Source of the DNA: Trichoplax adhaerens
Lineage: Eukaryota; Animalia; Placozoa
DNA length: 64,000 nucleotides
Assembly: GCF_000150275.1 (NCBI RefSeq)
Contig: NW_002060970.1
Location: forward strand, 146,197-210,196
Reading direction: 5' to 3'
Position 1 is the stretch's first letter, and every line of letters begins with the position of its first letter. Of the stretch, positions 27,301-41,185 are shown in pieces. The notes under the pieces were generated by a model, which saw only the letters and a list, made by a program, of their open reading frames with translations, did not search any database and had not been told where the DNA came from. Both the position numbers and the translations under genes were made by a program.

Positions 27301-30300
27301 TGGCAAAGTAGTAACTTTAGTAGTCGATTTACTGGTTACTTCGCTCGTTGTTCCAGCCAAAACTGTAGTTGTTGCCTTAGTGGTTAAATCGGTTGTTGCT
27401 TTGTTGGTGGTTGGCACAGTTATGGTAGGAGATGTTGAATCTGTAGTAGCGGCTGTTGTTGATCTTGTAGAGGGCTGTGTCGTTTTTGGAGTAGAGACTT
27501 GAGATAGGCTTGCATTTTGAGTAACCTCAGTAGTAATAACACTTTCACTTGCAGTGGTTGTTTCCATGGCAGCCAGTGAGGTGGCTTCAGAAGTCATCTC
27601 TGTAGTCGCTTCTGTTGTTCCATTGGTAGTCTCCTCCAAGGTGCTTTCCGTAGTTGTTTCTGCTGTTAAATCTGTAGTATTTCCATCAGTTGTACCTGTA
27701 CTCCAATCGGTAGTTGCTTGCATAGCAAAATTGCTGCCTGTGGTAACTTCATTACCGTCGTCTGTAGCAGCTTGGCTAGTAGCCGCTATGGCTGCCACAG
27801 TGTTCTCAATTCCTGTGCTTGTTTCTGTAAATGCTTCTGTTGTTGCATTTGACGATGCTCTAGTTACGTCAGCCGTTACTCCAGTCGTTGCTTCAGTCGT
27901 TGATGGTGTCGTCGCTTCCGTAGTTGCTTCACTTGTTGATTCGGAGGTCGCTTCCGCAGTTACTTTAGTCGTCGCTTCGGCAGTGACCACGGCAGAGGTA
28001 GTTTCAGTAGCTGCTTCAGTCACGACCTCAGTTGCCTCGCTAGTACCGTTAGTGGTTGTTTCAGTCGTTGCTTCAGTCGTCGCTTCAGTCGTCGCTTCAG
28101 TCGTCGCTTCAGTCGTCGCTTCAGTCGTTGCTTCAGTGGTTGTTTCAGAGGTTGCTTCAGTCGTTGCTTCAGTCGTTGCTTCAGTCGTGGCTTCAGTCGT
28201 CGCTTCAGTCGTTGCTTCGGTCGTTGCTTCAGTCGTTGCTTCAGTCGTTGCTTCAGTCGTTGCTTCAGTCGTTGCTTCAGTCGTTGCTTCAGTCGTTGCT
28301 TCAGTCGTTGCTTCAGTCGTTGCTTCAGTCGTTGCTTCAGTCGTTGCTTCAGTCGTTGCTTCAGTCGTTGCTTCAGTCGTTACTTCAGTTGTTGCTTCAG
28401 TTGTCGCTTCAGTGCTCGCTTCAGTCGTTGCTTCAGTGCTCGATTCAGTCGTTGCTTCAGTTGTTGCTTCAGTCGTTGCTTCAGTCGTTGCTTCCGTGGT
28501 TACTTCCGTTGTTGCTTCAGTCGTCGCTTCAGTTGTCGCTTCAGTTGTCGCTTCCGTCGTTGCTTCCGTCGTTGCTTCCGTCGTTGCTTCAGTTGTTGCT
28601 TCAGTTGTTGCTTCGGTCGTCGCCTCAGTTGTCGCTTCAGTCGTTGCTTCAGTCGTTGCTTCAGTCGTCGCTTCAGTTGTTGCTTCAGTTGTTGCTACAG
28701 TTGTTGCTATTGTAGTCGCTTCAGTCGTTGGAACAGTGGCGTCTTGTCACAAGTACGTAATAAAATGTGTATCAGCGATATACAGTATAAAATGAAATAA
28801 AATGAATTCTAGTGTACTTATTTTACGATGTAATATGAATTAAGAGAGAGAATCGTTATCCAACTGAATATTGCAATTTTCTACTGCTCTAATGGAGCCG
28901 TTTAATGCATCGATTTNNNNNNNNNNNNNNNNNNNNNNNNNNNNNNNNNNNNNNNNNNNNNNNNNNTTTTGAGTACCTCAGTAGTAATAACACTTTCACT
29001 TGCAGTGGTTGTTTCCATGGCAGCCAGTGAGGTGGCTTCAGAAGTCATCTCTGTAGTCGCTTCTGTTGTTCCATTGGTAGTCTCCTCCAAGGTGCTTTCC
29101 GTAGTTGTTTCTGCCGTTAAATCTGTAGTATTTCCATCAGTTGTACCTGTACTCCAATCGGTAGTTGCTTGCATAGCAAAATTGCTGCCTGTGGTAACTT
29201 CATTACCGTCGTCTGTAGCAGCTTGGCTAGTAGCCGCTATGGCTGCCACAGTGTTCTCAATTTCTGTGCTTGTTTCGGTAAATGCTTCTGTTGTTGCGTT
29301 TGACGATGCTCTAGTTACGTCAGCCGTTACTCCAGTCGTTGCTTCAGTCGTTGATGGTGTCGTCGCTTCCGTAGTTGCTTCACTTGTTGATTCGGAGGTC
29401 GCTTCCGCAGTTACTTTAGTTGTCGCTTCGGCAGTGACCTCGGCAGAGGTAGTTTCAGTAGCTGCTTCAGTCACGACCTCAGTTGCCTCGCTAGTACCGT
29501 TAGTGGTTGTTTCAGTCGTTGCTTCAGCCGTCGCTTCAGTCGTCGCTTCAGTCGTCGCTTCAGTGGTTGTTTCAGTGGTTGTTTCAGTGGTTATTTCAGA
29601 GGTTGCTTCAGTCGTTGCTTCAGTCGTTGCTTCAGTCGTCGCTTCAGTCGTTGCTTCGGTCGTTGCTTCAGTCGTTGCTTCAGTCGTCGCTTCAGTCGTC
29701 GCTTCAGTCGTCGCTTCAGTCGTCGCTTCAGTTGTCGCTTCAGTCGTTGCTTCAGTCGTTGCTTCAGTCGTTGCTTCAGTCGTTGCTTCAGTCGTTGCTT
29801 CAGTCGTTGCTTCAGTTGTTGCTTCAGTCGTTGCTTCAGTCGTTGCTTCAGTCGTCGCTTCAGTTGTTGCTTCAGTTGTTGCTACAGTTGTTGCTATTGT
29901 AGTCGCTTCAGTCGTCGCTTCAGTCGTCGCTTCAGTCGTCGCTTCAGTTGTTGCTTCAGTTGTTGCTACAGTTGTTGCTATTGTAGTCGCTTCAGTCGTT
30001 GGAACAGTGGCGTCTTGTCACAAGTACGTAATAAAATGTGTATCAGCGATATACAGTATAAAATGAAATAAAATGAATTCTAGTGTACTTATTTTACGAT
30101 GTAATATGAATTAAGAGAGAGAATCGTTATCCAACTGAATATTGCAATTTTCTACTGCTCTAATGGAGCCGTTTAATGCATCGATTATAACTTACTGTAT
30201 TCGCATATATACCGAATCGAAAAACCTTCACATTGGGCTTCATTCCATTTCCAATCGCTACTGACATAAGTATAGTGGGCACATTGAAAAAATGCGCTCA

Positions 30301-30801
30301 TTCTAGTAGAGAACTGCCAGTCACTAAATCCATAATCAGCTATTGATTTTAAAGTCTGAATCCAGATGCGATCAGCATCGTTTTCAAAGCCTGGGAGACC
30401 GTTAGTATGGAAACTTCCTAACCAGTATTTATCTACACTATTTGTCAGCAGATTGGCTTTGATAAAATTATTTTTGGCTACGCTATCTACGTAGACTAGT
30501 TTAGAGCCAGTTCGAAGGCTTTCACATTCAGTAATAGCCTCGGAGTATTTTTTTAAAAGCGATCCAACTTTTAAGCAACTACTGCCATAATTCTGCCATC
30601 CCGAATCGCATTGACCTGTAATAAAATGGTTGATAACAGTAATGGAACAGTATCAAAATGAATGCAATAGGAAGATGAGCCTAGAACAGAGTACTAGAAT
30701 GGACGGAAACGATCTTGCATACGAGAATTAATGTATAATGAGTACCCTACGATCATAATCACATATGTATTGGATATTATTCCAAGTATTGCACTTTTCA
30801 T
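21369..30801 (-). CDS. Adhesion GPCR gene 2, multi-exon: putative signal peptide, C-type lectin domain, (TTEA)n mucin stalk, GAIN/GPS, 7TM
   Basis: Putative first exon 30723-30801 (MKSAILGIISNTYVIMIVGYS...). CTL exon 30196-30615. Mucin exon(s) 27174-28742 / 28967-30013. GAIN exon 25118-25264 (SSIVSCTVYP...CVFWN). GPS exon 24750-24855 (KWSKNGC...CSCNHL|THFAIML). 7TM exons: LNTERFFVHKN, LASFTWMFVEGLHLY...IGWG, CWLSY...WSFLGP, KATAILLPILGLTW...FNSFQ, GLFILLFHCLLNSE. The stop position (~21369) is tentative. Confidence 0.9.
28052..28730 (-). repeat. 12-bp coding tandem repeat (ACGACTGAAGCA-like, encoding TTEA), ~55 units, copy A
   Basis: Directly visible (tgcttcagtcgt)n. In frame with the minus-strand T/E/A-rich mucin exon. 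Confidence 0.95.
28917..28966. other. Assembly gap (50 N) between two near-identical copies of the mucin exon plus adjacent intron (~27514-28915 and 28967-30186)
   Basis: A run of N; the sequence on both sides is duplicated with a few SNPs. Confidence 0.97.
29503..30001 (-). repeat. 12-bp coding tandem repeat (TTEA), ~40 units, copy B
   Basis: Same unit as copy A. The flanking anchors show it is 180 bp (15 units) shorter. Confidence 0.95.
30196..30615 (-). other. C-type lectin-like domain exon of gene 2 (missed by the ORF track)
   Basis: QCDSGWQNYGSSCLK...YSEAITECESLRTGSKLVYVDSVAKNNFI...YWLG...IWIQT...DW...CAHY...WKWNEAQCEG..RYICEY. A single phase 1-1 exon. Confidence 0.9.
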
Positions 30802-33800
30802 TGTTGTAGACGCAACTTACACGTTTATGGTAGAGTGTTAAAATATTGAAAAATAGATAGTTTGGGAGATTATTTAAAATCCTCTTTCAATTTCGTTACC
30901 ACTCTTAACAAAGGGTAGTACGATACTAATTAGTTCTAAATTTTGATCGATAATTCATCTTTAGGCGATAGGTTTATTTACTCATTGGATCATAATTACC
31001 GGGTAAAGCAATTGATTTCGATATTATAATTTGTATTTAGAGTGTAATTAATGAAACAGCAAAATAGAAACTACGATGTCATCATGCTATAAAAACAAGG
31101 AAAGCACTATAAAATGCACTGCATTTCATTAGGATAGAAATGAAAGTAGACTTTTGCACTTGAAAAATTACATGTTGTACATTAGGGTAGGATGCGCTTT
31201 ATCCTAGCCACTCAATACACTAATCAGAAGATAACCTTTTCCGACTAGTTCAATTGTTTGTGTCTGATTTTGGATGGCCATAGCCAGAAATACTCGTATT
31301 CCATTCAATGAACAAAAATAAATTGGGGAATCTAAAATCGTTCTCTCTTGTATTCTAAATATAATTGGTGATATCATAAAAACAAAGTATTTATTGACAA
31401 ATTCCCTCTTGCTGTTATAACATGATGTCATCTCTTTGAATACGTAAGTAATAAAAGTCATTATTTATGGAAAAAAATAGTTAAAAAATTTTTCAATGTA
31501 TGAATTGGATACAGTTCAGTTACGTTCAAAGAAAAATAATTATTTCTCCCGCTGGTGTATCGCTTGTATTCTCCTATTTCGCAACCTTTGTATTTTGTAT
31601 TGTGTCATTATTTTAAACGTTTATCCTAGTCATAATAACAATCCTCCTGGAAAATATCAAATTATTTTTTGAGTCGTTAATTATTTACTAAAAAATAAAA
31701 ACTTTTGACAGTTTATTACCGGTTCCTATTACCATCATTGAAAACAATTTCATCTAAAGCTATCTAGATAATTTCAAGCGTTAAATCTAGTTAAAGTCTA
31801 GTTTGATATTATTGGATACCCTAAGAAAACTGTAACCCTTTATTGTATGCTCAATTGGATGAGTTTTCATTATCAACCCTGAAAAACTAATTATATCGTG
31901 CCGGTATCCATAGAAGGGGCAACAAATAAATACAAAAGCTACTGTCTTTATAATAATGTTGACTGGTTTTTTCATGCACAGAAGATTAGCGGAAGACTAA
32001 TTTGTTTATATGCATCATTCACAGAGATATTCTACAATGCATCAATATACAGTAAACTTATACCCTCGGCTTAGCCCATGTTTATCGGCAATACCTAGCA
32101 TTTCTACACTGAATAGCAATATCATATTAACATATTGCAATGCAGGCGATATAAAGTTATCATGTATTATTCAGGATTATGAAATAATATTTAATTTCAT
32201 TATTTAACTGTCTCACGTTTTCACGGCTTTCATATCATTAGCCCCATACACGGAACCTAATACAGTTTCGATTAAATCAACTTCACTGTAACTTAGGTAG
32301 CTAACTTAGTATACTAAATGTATCAACTATTTCAGAAACTGCAACTAACAATTTCCTTTTGTATTCGGCCAAGGATTTGCTAATATCCGTTAGAACGGCT
32401 TTTGACACCAGTAAACAGCCCATACAAGAACAATTTAGTAGAAGCTACACGAACGGTATTATAGTACTGTATATCTGCTAAAATCTGGTAAAGTACGGGC
32501 ATATCAAAATTTAGGTTATTATTTTCAGCTACCGATATCTAATCTACCAGTCTCAAATAGTCCGGTAATTATTATGAAATCTTTCAAAAATTTTTCGGAA
32601 ATAATAGATATAGCAGGAAATTATAATTAATACTCATTTAATAGAGAAACTGCGAGTAATGTAATTTATAGTAGACTATTGCATAATGGGTGCAGGATTT
32701 GTTGCAAACTTTCACTTTTCAGCAATTAGCAAAAACGGATAAGTATTTTAGAAATTGAGTCAAGAGATTTGTCAGTAATCGGTGAATTTTTCAAGTGATA
32801 CTGCGTCAATGCAGCATGTCCCGAAAGTTTTACAGTCCTTTAACTATGTTGTATTTACAGTAATGCATTACGTTTATGCGGCACTATTACTATATCACTA
32901 ACGCTGTGCGTTACATATAGCTTAAATATAGATATTGCTGGTTTCTAAGGCAGAAGTAAAGTAATGACTTGCAGGTTTGCTATCGGGAAGTATAAGTTAG
33001 ATAGTTTAACTAACTTAGGTCCACGAGTAAGATCCGCTTTTTAGGTTGTTTTTTTTAATTTAAGAAAGAGCCGCAAAAAAATATCAAGTGCTAAAATTTG
33101 TAGTTTGTTAAGCACAGAATCACTTACCGTAAGTCTACTAAATAAGGATTGTTTTACGATTATGACTAGCACTATATCGTATCTTAGGTGCATCTACTTT
33201 CCAAAAATGAAACGAAAGATGTAATTTTTCCGTACCAATTTTAGTTACTTTATAAAATCTTTGTAACTGCGTTACTGACTAACTTTTGCGCAACTGCTAT
33301 AACAAAATTTTTATAAGATAACTTATCTAGGAATATGTTGATGATAATAGATCTGGGGCGTTATACACACTTTTAATAGACAACTGTATAGTTTTATAAC
33401 ACTATCAATATATTGGTAATGAATGTATAAGTATATTTACTATAAATTGACAGATCTTTTCAATAAAGTTTGTGTTCAGTTCAGTCTGACGATGGAGATC
33501 GTCAGTATTTAGAGTCGTTCTGTAGCAGATGTTGGGGAAAATAAACCTGACAGTAGACTTGAATTTTTGGTTTCCTGTAGTACAGTAGTCTATTTTATCA
33601 TTGCTCCAAATTTCGATTTGTAACAGACTGATAACAAATACGAAAAGGACGATTGTTCTTAAATATGGACATTTAAATTGCTACCATTAATGTATCAAAG
33701 TATGGTAGTTTCTTGAGAGGCTAGAGTGGTTTAATTTTAGCTAGATCAAGAATATTATGGGCAAACTGAGACTCTAAAATATGACATTAATCAATATTTT

Positions 33801-36800
33801 AGAGTTGATAGCCTATTTCATTAACAGTTTTTAAAGTTTAAAATTACTGCAATTTGGCTAGAACGTCATAAGTAGCAAGTTTATAATAATGACGAAAAAC
33901 TTGTTATACTTTTAAGCCCGGTTAAAGTTTTCCCTGCTGGATAATACTCAGCCTTGTGTCATTAATAAAGATATTTCATTTTGGTAGCGAGCTAAGATAG
34001 TCTTTTGATAGATATCTGGCTGAGATAAAATATTGGCAATGATAGGAAAAGGCTAAAACTCTTCATGCAAGATTTTATATTAGAAATACTTTTTAATTCC
34101 AAAAGTTCTAACGCATACAGGCTTACAAGAATAATGCATGTAATTATCTATGACATGTTTTATAATTATAGTGACTATTTCGCGTGTAAACTTACCGAAA
34201 GTCACCGAGGCCATTGAGATCAATTCATAAATAAAGATAATGACCTACATGAAATCTTCTAATTAGTATTTGATGTGATATATAAATGCTACTCAGATAT
34301 TTTTAAAGTTAAATGCTAATCAATAGTTTTTAACAAGACTTCACTTATAAAGTTATAAAGAATTTAATATACAGTAGCATAGCAATCCATATTGATACGA
34401 TCTAGCTTTATGGTACAATACTAAAAAGGAATCATAAGCCGGGCATTACGAAGAAATTAGCCTTACTTGTAGTTTAACCTTCAATTTCATTTCGTGCAGT
34501 AAAAGATGTCTCTGATATTGTTATAACTTTTAGGCGATATGGAGTCTTGATGATTCTATTCTAGTCAGCAATTTAGATAAAATGATTGCTGATGGCGGCA
34601 ATAAACAAGGAATAACAGCAAAATCTAGATTACGAACTTGAAATGGTTGATCGTCTCTAAATAATATATTTCTATATTTTCAATTATTCCACCGTTAAAT
34701 TTGAAAACGATGTGAATGACCTCTGTGTTTAGTTAAATTGCGATTAGAGTATGATGAATCTGATAATAAGTGTAAATGAGATAAACGTTTCATTAGTATT
34801 AGCATAGAAATCAAAATCGTTGATCTCTATATGAGGCAGAATGATCAATGAAGACATTAAAGAAGAAGTCATTGTACTAAGGCGAGAAATTTAGTCGTGT
34901 GATGAAGAAATAATTGCAATTAATCATGATTGTTATTGATATCATTATTTAGCTAATTATTGCAAATCAGTATTGTTAGAAAATTGAATGGTAATGCGAT
35001 CAAGTATGTAAAGTAATAAGGTATTGCAATACACAATTGAAAAGTTCACCAAATCAATAAAATAGATGTATTGACCTAGGATTGAATTTTTGTCGACTTT
35101 TCGAATGCAGCCTACCTAATATTTAATTTCATACCTATTGTTGTGTTCAGCACTATTAAAACTATTAATTGTTGCACCTGTGCAAATTTTCTATAATTAA
35201 TATCATGTTTCCGTTATATAATAGAGCTATTAATGTCAACAATATGCCATCTACTTCATCGTGCATCCACGATAATACTAAATAGTTTCTCGCCTCCGCG
35301 TCGATCATGCTGTCATGTTCTAATGTTTATACAAACAGTAACATAACTATAGCATCATGGTGAACATATCTATCTATATTGTTCTTTCATATCATACCAT
35401 CATTGCAGTAAAATAAAGATTAAGTTCTTCTCAATACCAAAATTATAATTAGCAGTTAGGACAGCTCTTTGTACAAGACGCTATCAATTCTATCACAATA
35501 GAATTGTCTAGATAAACCTTTAAATGTTGTATTTTAGGCTCAATCAAGGATCTTATTTATAATAAATAAACGACCTAGCCTATCCGATATTGTGTTTTGA
35601 TAGAATATTGGAGAAAGTTATAGTTAGTTCAAACTTGTCGAAAAATAATAATAATAGACAATGAAGTCGTAGCAAGCATTTCAATGCGTATTTTAATATA
35701 TTAAAGTTCAAATTTTTCACTCCATAGTATTAAATATTCAAATTTGACTGATGTATTCATTAGCAATCAGCCGAATGGATGAAAACTGGTACTGCCCTCA
35801 ACCTATATTAATACTGTTTAAACAGTGACAACGTCATCTTCACGCGTTCATGTCTGTTTCCGATCTGGCGGAAAAATATAAAATAATTTGAATAACAATT
35901 TTAAAATTGCATAAAAACAAGTACCGTATGTAATCTCATATTTTAAATCTTTGATCACGTTGAAGATATTTTAGATTTTAATGGTTTACGGCGTCGTTCT
36001 ATAGATATAATTTAGGGAAATAAATATTAATTGCTCCGTATTTGTAGGTCAACACAGAGCGGCAGAAATTTTATAACCGTAATAATTGCGATATCTTTAA
36101 ATTAACTTACGGTAAAAGTTGAGTAAAATCCTTCATTTTCATACCGTAAGAGCATCAGTATACCATAGCGGTAGTTAAAAATATATATTTGAATATTTGT
36201 TAGAAAAGATTAATCTAACATTATTGCATACATCTTTTGAAATAAATAAACAAGATGTAAAATTGTTATCAAGATGATTGTTGCACGAAGATAAAAACCA
36301 CTTCTGCAATGAAAAGGATCATGTTGTTTAAGTAGTCATATCTTGTTAATTGCATCATCGGAGTGCCAAAATTAGAAAGCTGACTGGTTATGAAAGCAAT
36401 ATTAAATATACTGATTGCCTATTAGCGTTTTACTGGTCAGTTAAAGAGGCTAAGATAAAATGTGATTATTTTATTTGATAAAAAAACCAAAATTTACAGT
36501 CATCATCGAGTACCTTCCTAAATAGAGGGTTTCTTTAATGATAAAGAGTCATACCTTATACGTAAAAGAGGTGATAGTTTGCTTTGCAATAAATGTACGA
36601 TATTATTTTAGGTTAAGGGCAATACGCGTAAGCCATAAAAACAATGCTCTTCGAGCAAAATAAATAACATGAATAGGCTATTATCTGCCAACAGACTTTA
36701 CAGAAATATCATATAATAGATCCTCGAACAATTTGATATTAGATATGAATAATTTTGATAACTATACTAGTTAACACTTTAATAATTTATATCTGAAAGT

Positions 36801-39800
36801 TTATTACCATTCCTGGTACAAAGGTTTCTTCCATTAATGCAGAGACGATACTGAACCGATACTGTTACTGATTTCATCTAGATAGATATATGAAATAATG
36901 AATCATTTGTGCGATTTCCTCGAATTTCGTTGAATCAACTTATAATCTCAATAGATTACTACATAGGCCGAAAAAATCTAAATTAAATTAGAATCGAAGT
37001 TTTTACTATTTGAAATAGAAGAAATAGACAATTATTTTATCAACTTTGCAGGCCAAACTATATATGGCAATATTGAAGACAAAGTGAAAGTATCTTGAAT
37101 TGCTCTGTAAATTATTACAATGTTATTAAAATCAAGAGCATTGAATTTCGTAAGTGGAGCCATAATTCATTTACACTGTTTTCATCCGTTGTGCATACTG
37201 TAACTAAGCGTTTTCGTAGTTTAAATACAAAACTAGTCAAACCTAATGAACTAAAATATACCAATTATAGCCTTATAAAATTGAAATTATGTATTAAATA
37301 GCAATGAATTATGGTCAATAAACTTTCACTTGACTACTCAAGTCGATATATCTTAATTTACTTCACTTGTCAATAAATTATTATTTATTTATTCATACCT
37401 TTTTTAATTAGGATTCATCGAGCATATTCGGTACTTATGGCGGCTAGATTATGCTCAAAATTCCATTACTTGTTCATTAATCTATTTTTAGGTTATGGGG
37501 CAATAAATTTAATATTGTAACATAGACTTTATTGTGAATATTTTAACTACATCTTGAGAAAAGATTCTGTAAGTCAATAGTAAAATGCAGTCTTATACTA
37601 CTCTGTTAAGCCATAGAAAAAATTTATGATTCTTAATGTTATATTACCTAGATAGTCTAAATTCTGCCTATGTATGTGAAGACTTTTATTGGATTCGATC
37701 ATGATAGAATTACTCTTAGTATTTGCATTGTATGAATGTCTGTTTACCGTTAGAATAATACTAATTTTATGCTTCTATATTTTGTTTTATACTATTTTAA
37801 TTTTACAATTTAACGTTTTCAAACGATTCTTTTTAACTTATTACTTTGATCAAAATATTGATAACGTTACCTTCACTACTGTGTTTTTAAATTGTTTCTA
37901 GATTTGTCGTTATTTTAATAAATGGATCGTACAATTAACAAATAATTTAGTGTGAATTTATGTATATTAAAGCCTCACTACAGTTTAGTTGCCAAACGAA
38001 TAGGTCTAAAATTGCTTATTCCAGAAAAGAAAATATTTATTAAATTTGTCTAAATTATACGATAGAAAACATTATGAATTAGAAAACTAAAACTATTTCC
38101 TTAAAAATGAGATACGTATATGCAATAATTTTGTAAATTAGATACTGTACGGTAAATTATTTCTTATATCATCATAACGATCTATTCATTTTTTAATGGA
38201 CCAATTTGTCATTATTTCTTTAATACGTATTATAAACATAAAATTAATACCTCAAACTAATTGAAAGCAATGAGCTCTTAACTGCAAATCTTTCATATCT
38301 TGGAGATATAAATGTAAAATCAGTACTTCTTTAGTTGTGGATCCATTATATAATTATCATTTATACCAAATCTATCAGCTTTAGCTTATTGCTGCTACTG
38401 CATGCTATGAAGATCTATTAAAATTTTTCTATCCAATAGTCTTATGAAACAAGAAATTGGCTATGTCAAAATTTTTAACTTTATAACGTATTATTTGCAA
38501 TATAGGTTGAGAGCACCAATTTATACTTTCTTCCTGAAAATTTGATTGAAAGACGGCAGTTTAAATTCTTACAAATATAATAGGCAGTATTCAGTTTCAT
38601 GAAACGAAATGCAATATTTTAAAGATCTCTGCCTTGAAATAGATACAGAAAATAAAGTTTTTTCCAGATCTATGATCAAATGCGAGGAAAAAATTCCGAA
38701 ACGTACAATAGATACCCCATAATTTCTAACAGCTGGAGAACATAATTAATTGATGCTAAAAAAAGTTTTCATAAGATCTCTCTATCTTTGAGGCAAAAGT
38801 GAGTGCTATAACAATTAATTTTTGTAATCTTCTAAACTCATACTAATGATAAATTTAAATTATTTGAAACCTCTTTGAAAATAACATCTAGCTTAATTGA
38901 TAAGTTATTTAATAATTTAAAATTTGATATCTTCCAGCATTTTGTTACCTCATCCATTTTGCATGAAGGTTATGACTGCGCCATATCGCTAGGTCAAAAT
39001 CTTGACCTAGATCGGCCAACATAAAGGTCGAGATAAAATTTTAAATACCATCACTGTAAAAAACTTGGAAAACGTCAGGGCTAAAAATATCCACTTAAAA
39101 TTCGAGTGGTAATTGAAACTTAGTACTAATACATGTATAATGGAATTTAAAATAGTTATGAAAGTAACTATCTCCAATTTTGAGCCAGACTGACTTTTCG
39201 AACGAACTATTGATAAATTTTTCGAAAAATTTCAAATTTACTTACTTATAAGGTCAGGACAGACTTGGATTAACAATACTGATCCAACACACTACTGCAG
39301 CTGGATAGTAGTTTTAGAAACGTCATTAAAGTTACTTTAATGCTTATCTATACCTGATCGCGTATAGTTTTAACTTTGGCGCGCGGAAGGAGATTTTATG
39401 CAAGTTTTAAGTACGTAAATAATTTTTAATTTAGTATAATATTGCTTCTTTATATCATTTTCAGAACTGCATTATACAACTTTTAGATTCTTATGCTCGT
39501 ATAAGAAACCTAACGATATGATAGTGAAGTCAATTTTTTAGTTTTTACTCTCAAACATTTGTATGTGGAATGAAGAAAAGATAATAATCTTATTTGACTG
39601 ATCAAATGGAAGCGATAGCGTGTTCAGTACCTTTTAAATTTAGAAGTTTGTTGATATGTTAATCTTTAAATTAACTTAATGTATAACATATATATATATT
39701 TGTGTACTCGTATAATAGAAAAAAACAAGCTTGACAATAAATTTCTCTATCGTGTCACTAATACTACTGTTTTTCTACCTTAATATTTATAATTAAAAAG

Positions 39801-40556
39801 ATTTGATTATTGATTGATCGCATAACTAGTTGACACGAACTGTGCTCTAGAAAAGGTATCAGTATCTCTATTATAAGACCTCAATTTTCTAATGCGCGAA
39901 ATAATAATACTTATTTTAAGAGAATGATCTTGAGTATTTTAGAATTGCAGTTGAATGAGGTCTTCTTTAATCTATTACCGAGAAAATATTGACCTGATAG
40001 ATCGTAAATTTGGTAACTTATTGACCATTGCTATCTTACACATTCTCGCGTAAATTAGTTACTGCAGTAGTTTCAAGTAATTACGGTAAATGGATTTTAA
40101 ATCCTAAAAGTATGACTTTCTTACGTCTGACCTAACTAATGCATGTCCTACTCATGGAAATGTGATATATTTTCCGAACTGTATTTATTCACGCAATCAT
40201 AGAATAACATCTTGACACAGTTTGATCTCTCTTTTATTATATTTCATTTCGTTGGTAGCTAAGAATGAAATTCTGGCTATGCAATATCTAATGTAGCTAA
40301 TTAGTATGGTTATTAATCGGAGTTAAAGTATAGTCTTCTACATATCATCACTATTAGAGAGCGATGGAAGTTAAGATTAGCCACTAATTACATGGAATAA
40401 GTTCGAGATCTGAATTTACATATCTATGAAATAGAATCGTATAATCATTTTAATTAGATTAAAATTTTGCCCATAAACTCAATTTAAATAACCCTGAATT
40501 CTTATGCACAGACTATTAAAGTACTAGTAAGAGAAAAGCAACTTGCAAATGAGTTG

Positions 40557-41185
40557 TGTTACAGTGTTATATACTATATTACAGTAGAAATATCTATGTT
40601 AGGATAATTCTATTAGACTATCCTTATTTAGTTAACTTCTAATTTGGAAATACTGTGTTTTAATATAGTACTGACTTTTTATGACAGTGACACTTATACA
40701 CATACTGAAATTAATAGTTATAATAGGGAATGCAAATCATCTACTTATAGTTCGAATCATTGTGATTGTAATTTACTTATGCTAGATTGTAAGTTATCAT
40801 GAAATGTTCCGTGATAGGACATATCGTAATCTGACTATTCTGTATTAGTCATTACATGTCTATGTTTGTAAATACTGTTGTCTGCATTAAGGGAGCAGTA
40901 GCTAAAATTAATATCTAGTTCAGTAAATGATTCTAATGTTAATTGTATTAACTATGACTCATGAACTATTGAGAAGTAGTATATAAATGCAGTATATCGT
41001 GTAATAAAGTAATTTCTCCAACTTAGTGTTTAACGTAAAATACGAGGCGTTTAAGTCTTTGTGTAGTCTGCTAGTAGAGCAAAAGTGTTTGTGATAGTGC
41101 AGATATCGTTCCTTGATACGTGGATCAAGGAATTGACTTATTGATCGTATATTGCGTTATCTTGTTGCAAAGCTGTTTTGTGACA
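40557..41185 (+). mobile_element. Solo-LTR-like element, family B, ~630 bp
   Basis: TGTTACA...GTGACA termini, TATATAAA ~40980 and AATAAA ~41003. Near-identical inverted copy at 43869-44499. TSD imperfect. Confidence 0.82.

Noticed and set aside
28052-30001. CRISPR-like array
   Set aside because: Contiguous 12-bp units with no unique spacers, in a eukaryotic intron-containing context with no cas genes.
27092-30066. Long plus-strand ORFs (VASV repeats, 413 and 365 aa; LQSL repeats, 219 and 131 aa)
   Set aside because: Antisense or alternate-frame shadows of the stop-free TTEA repeat. The minus frame splices in phase to the CTL and GAIN exons.
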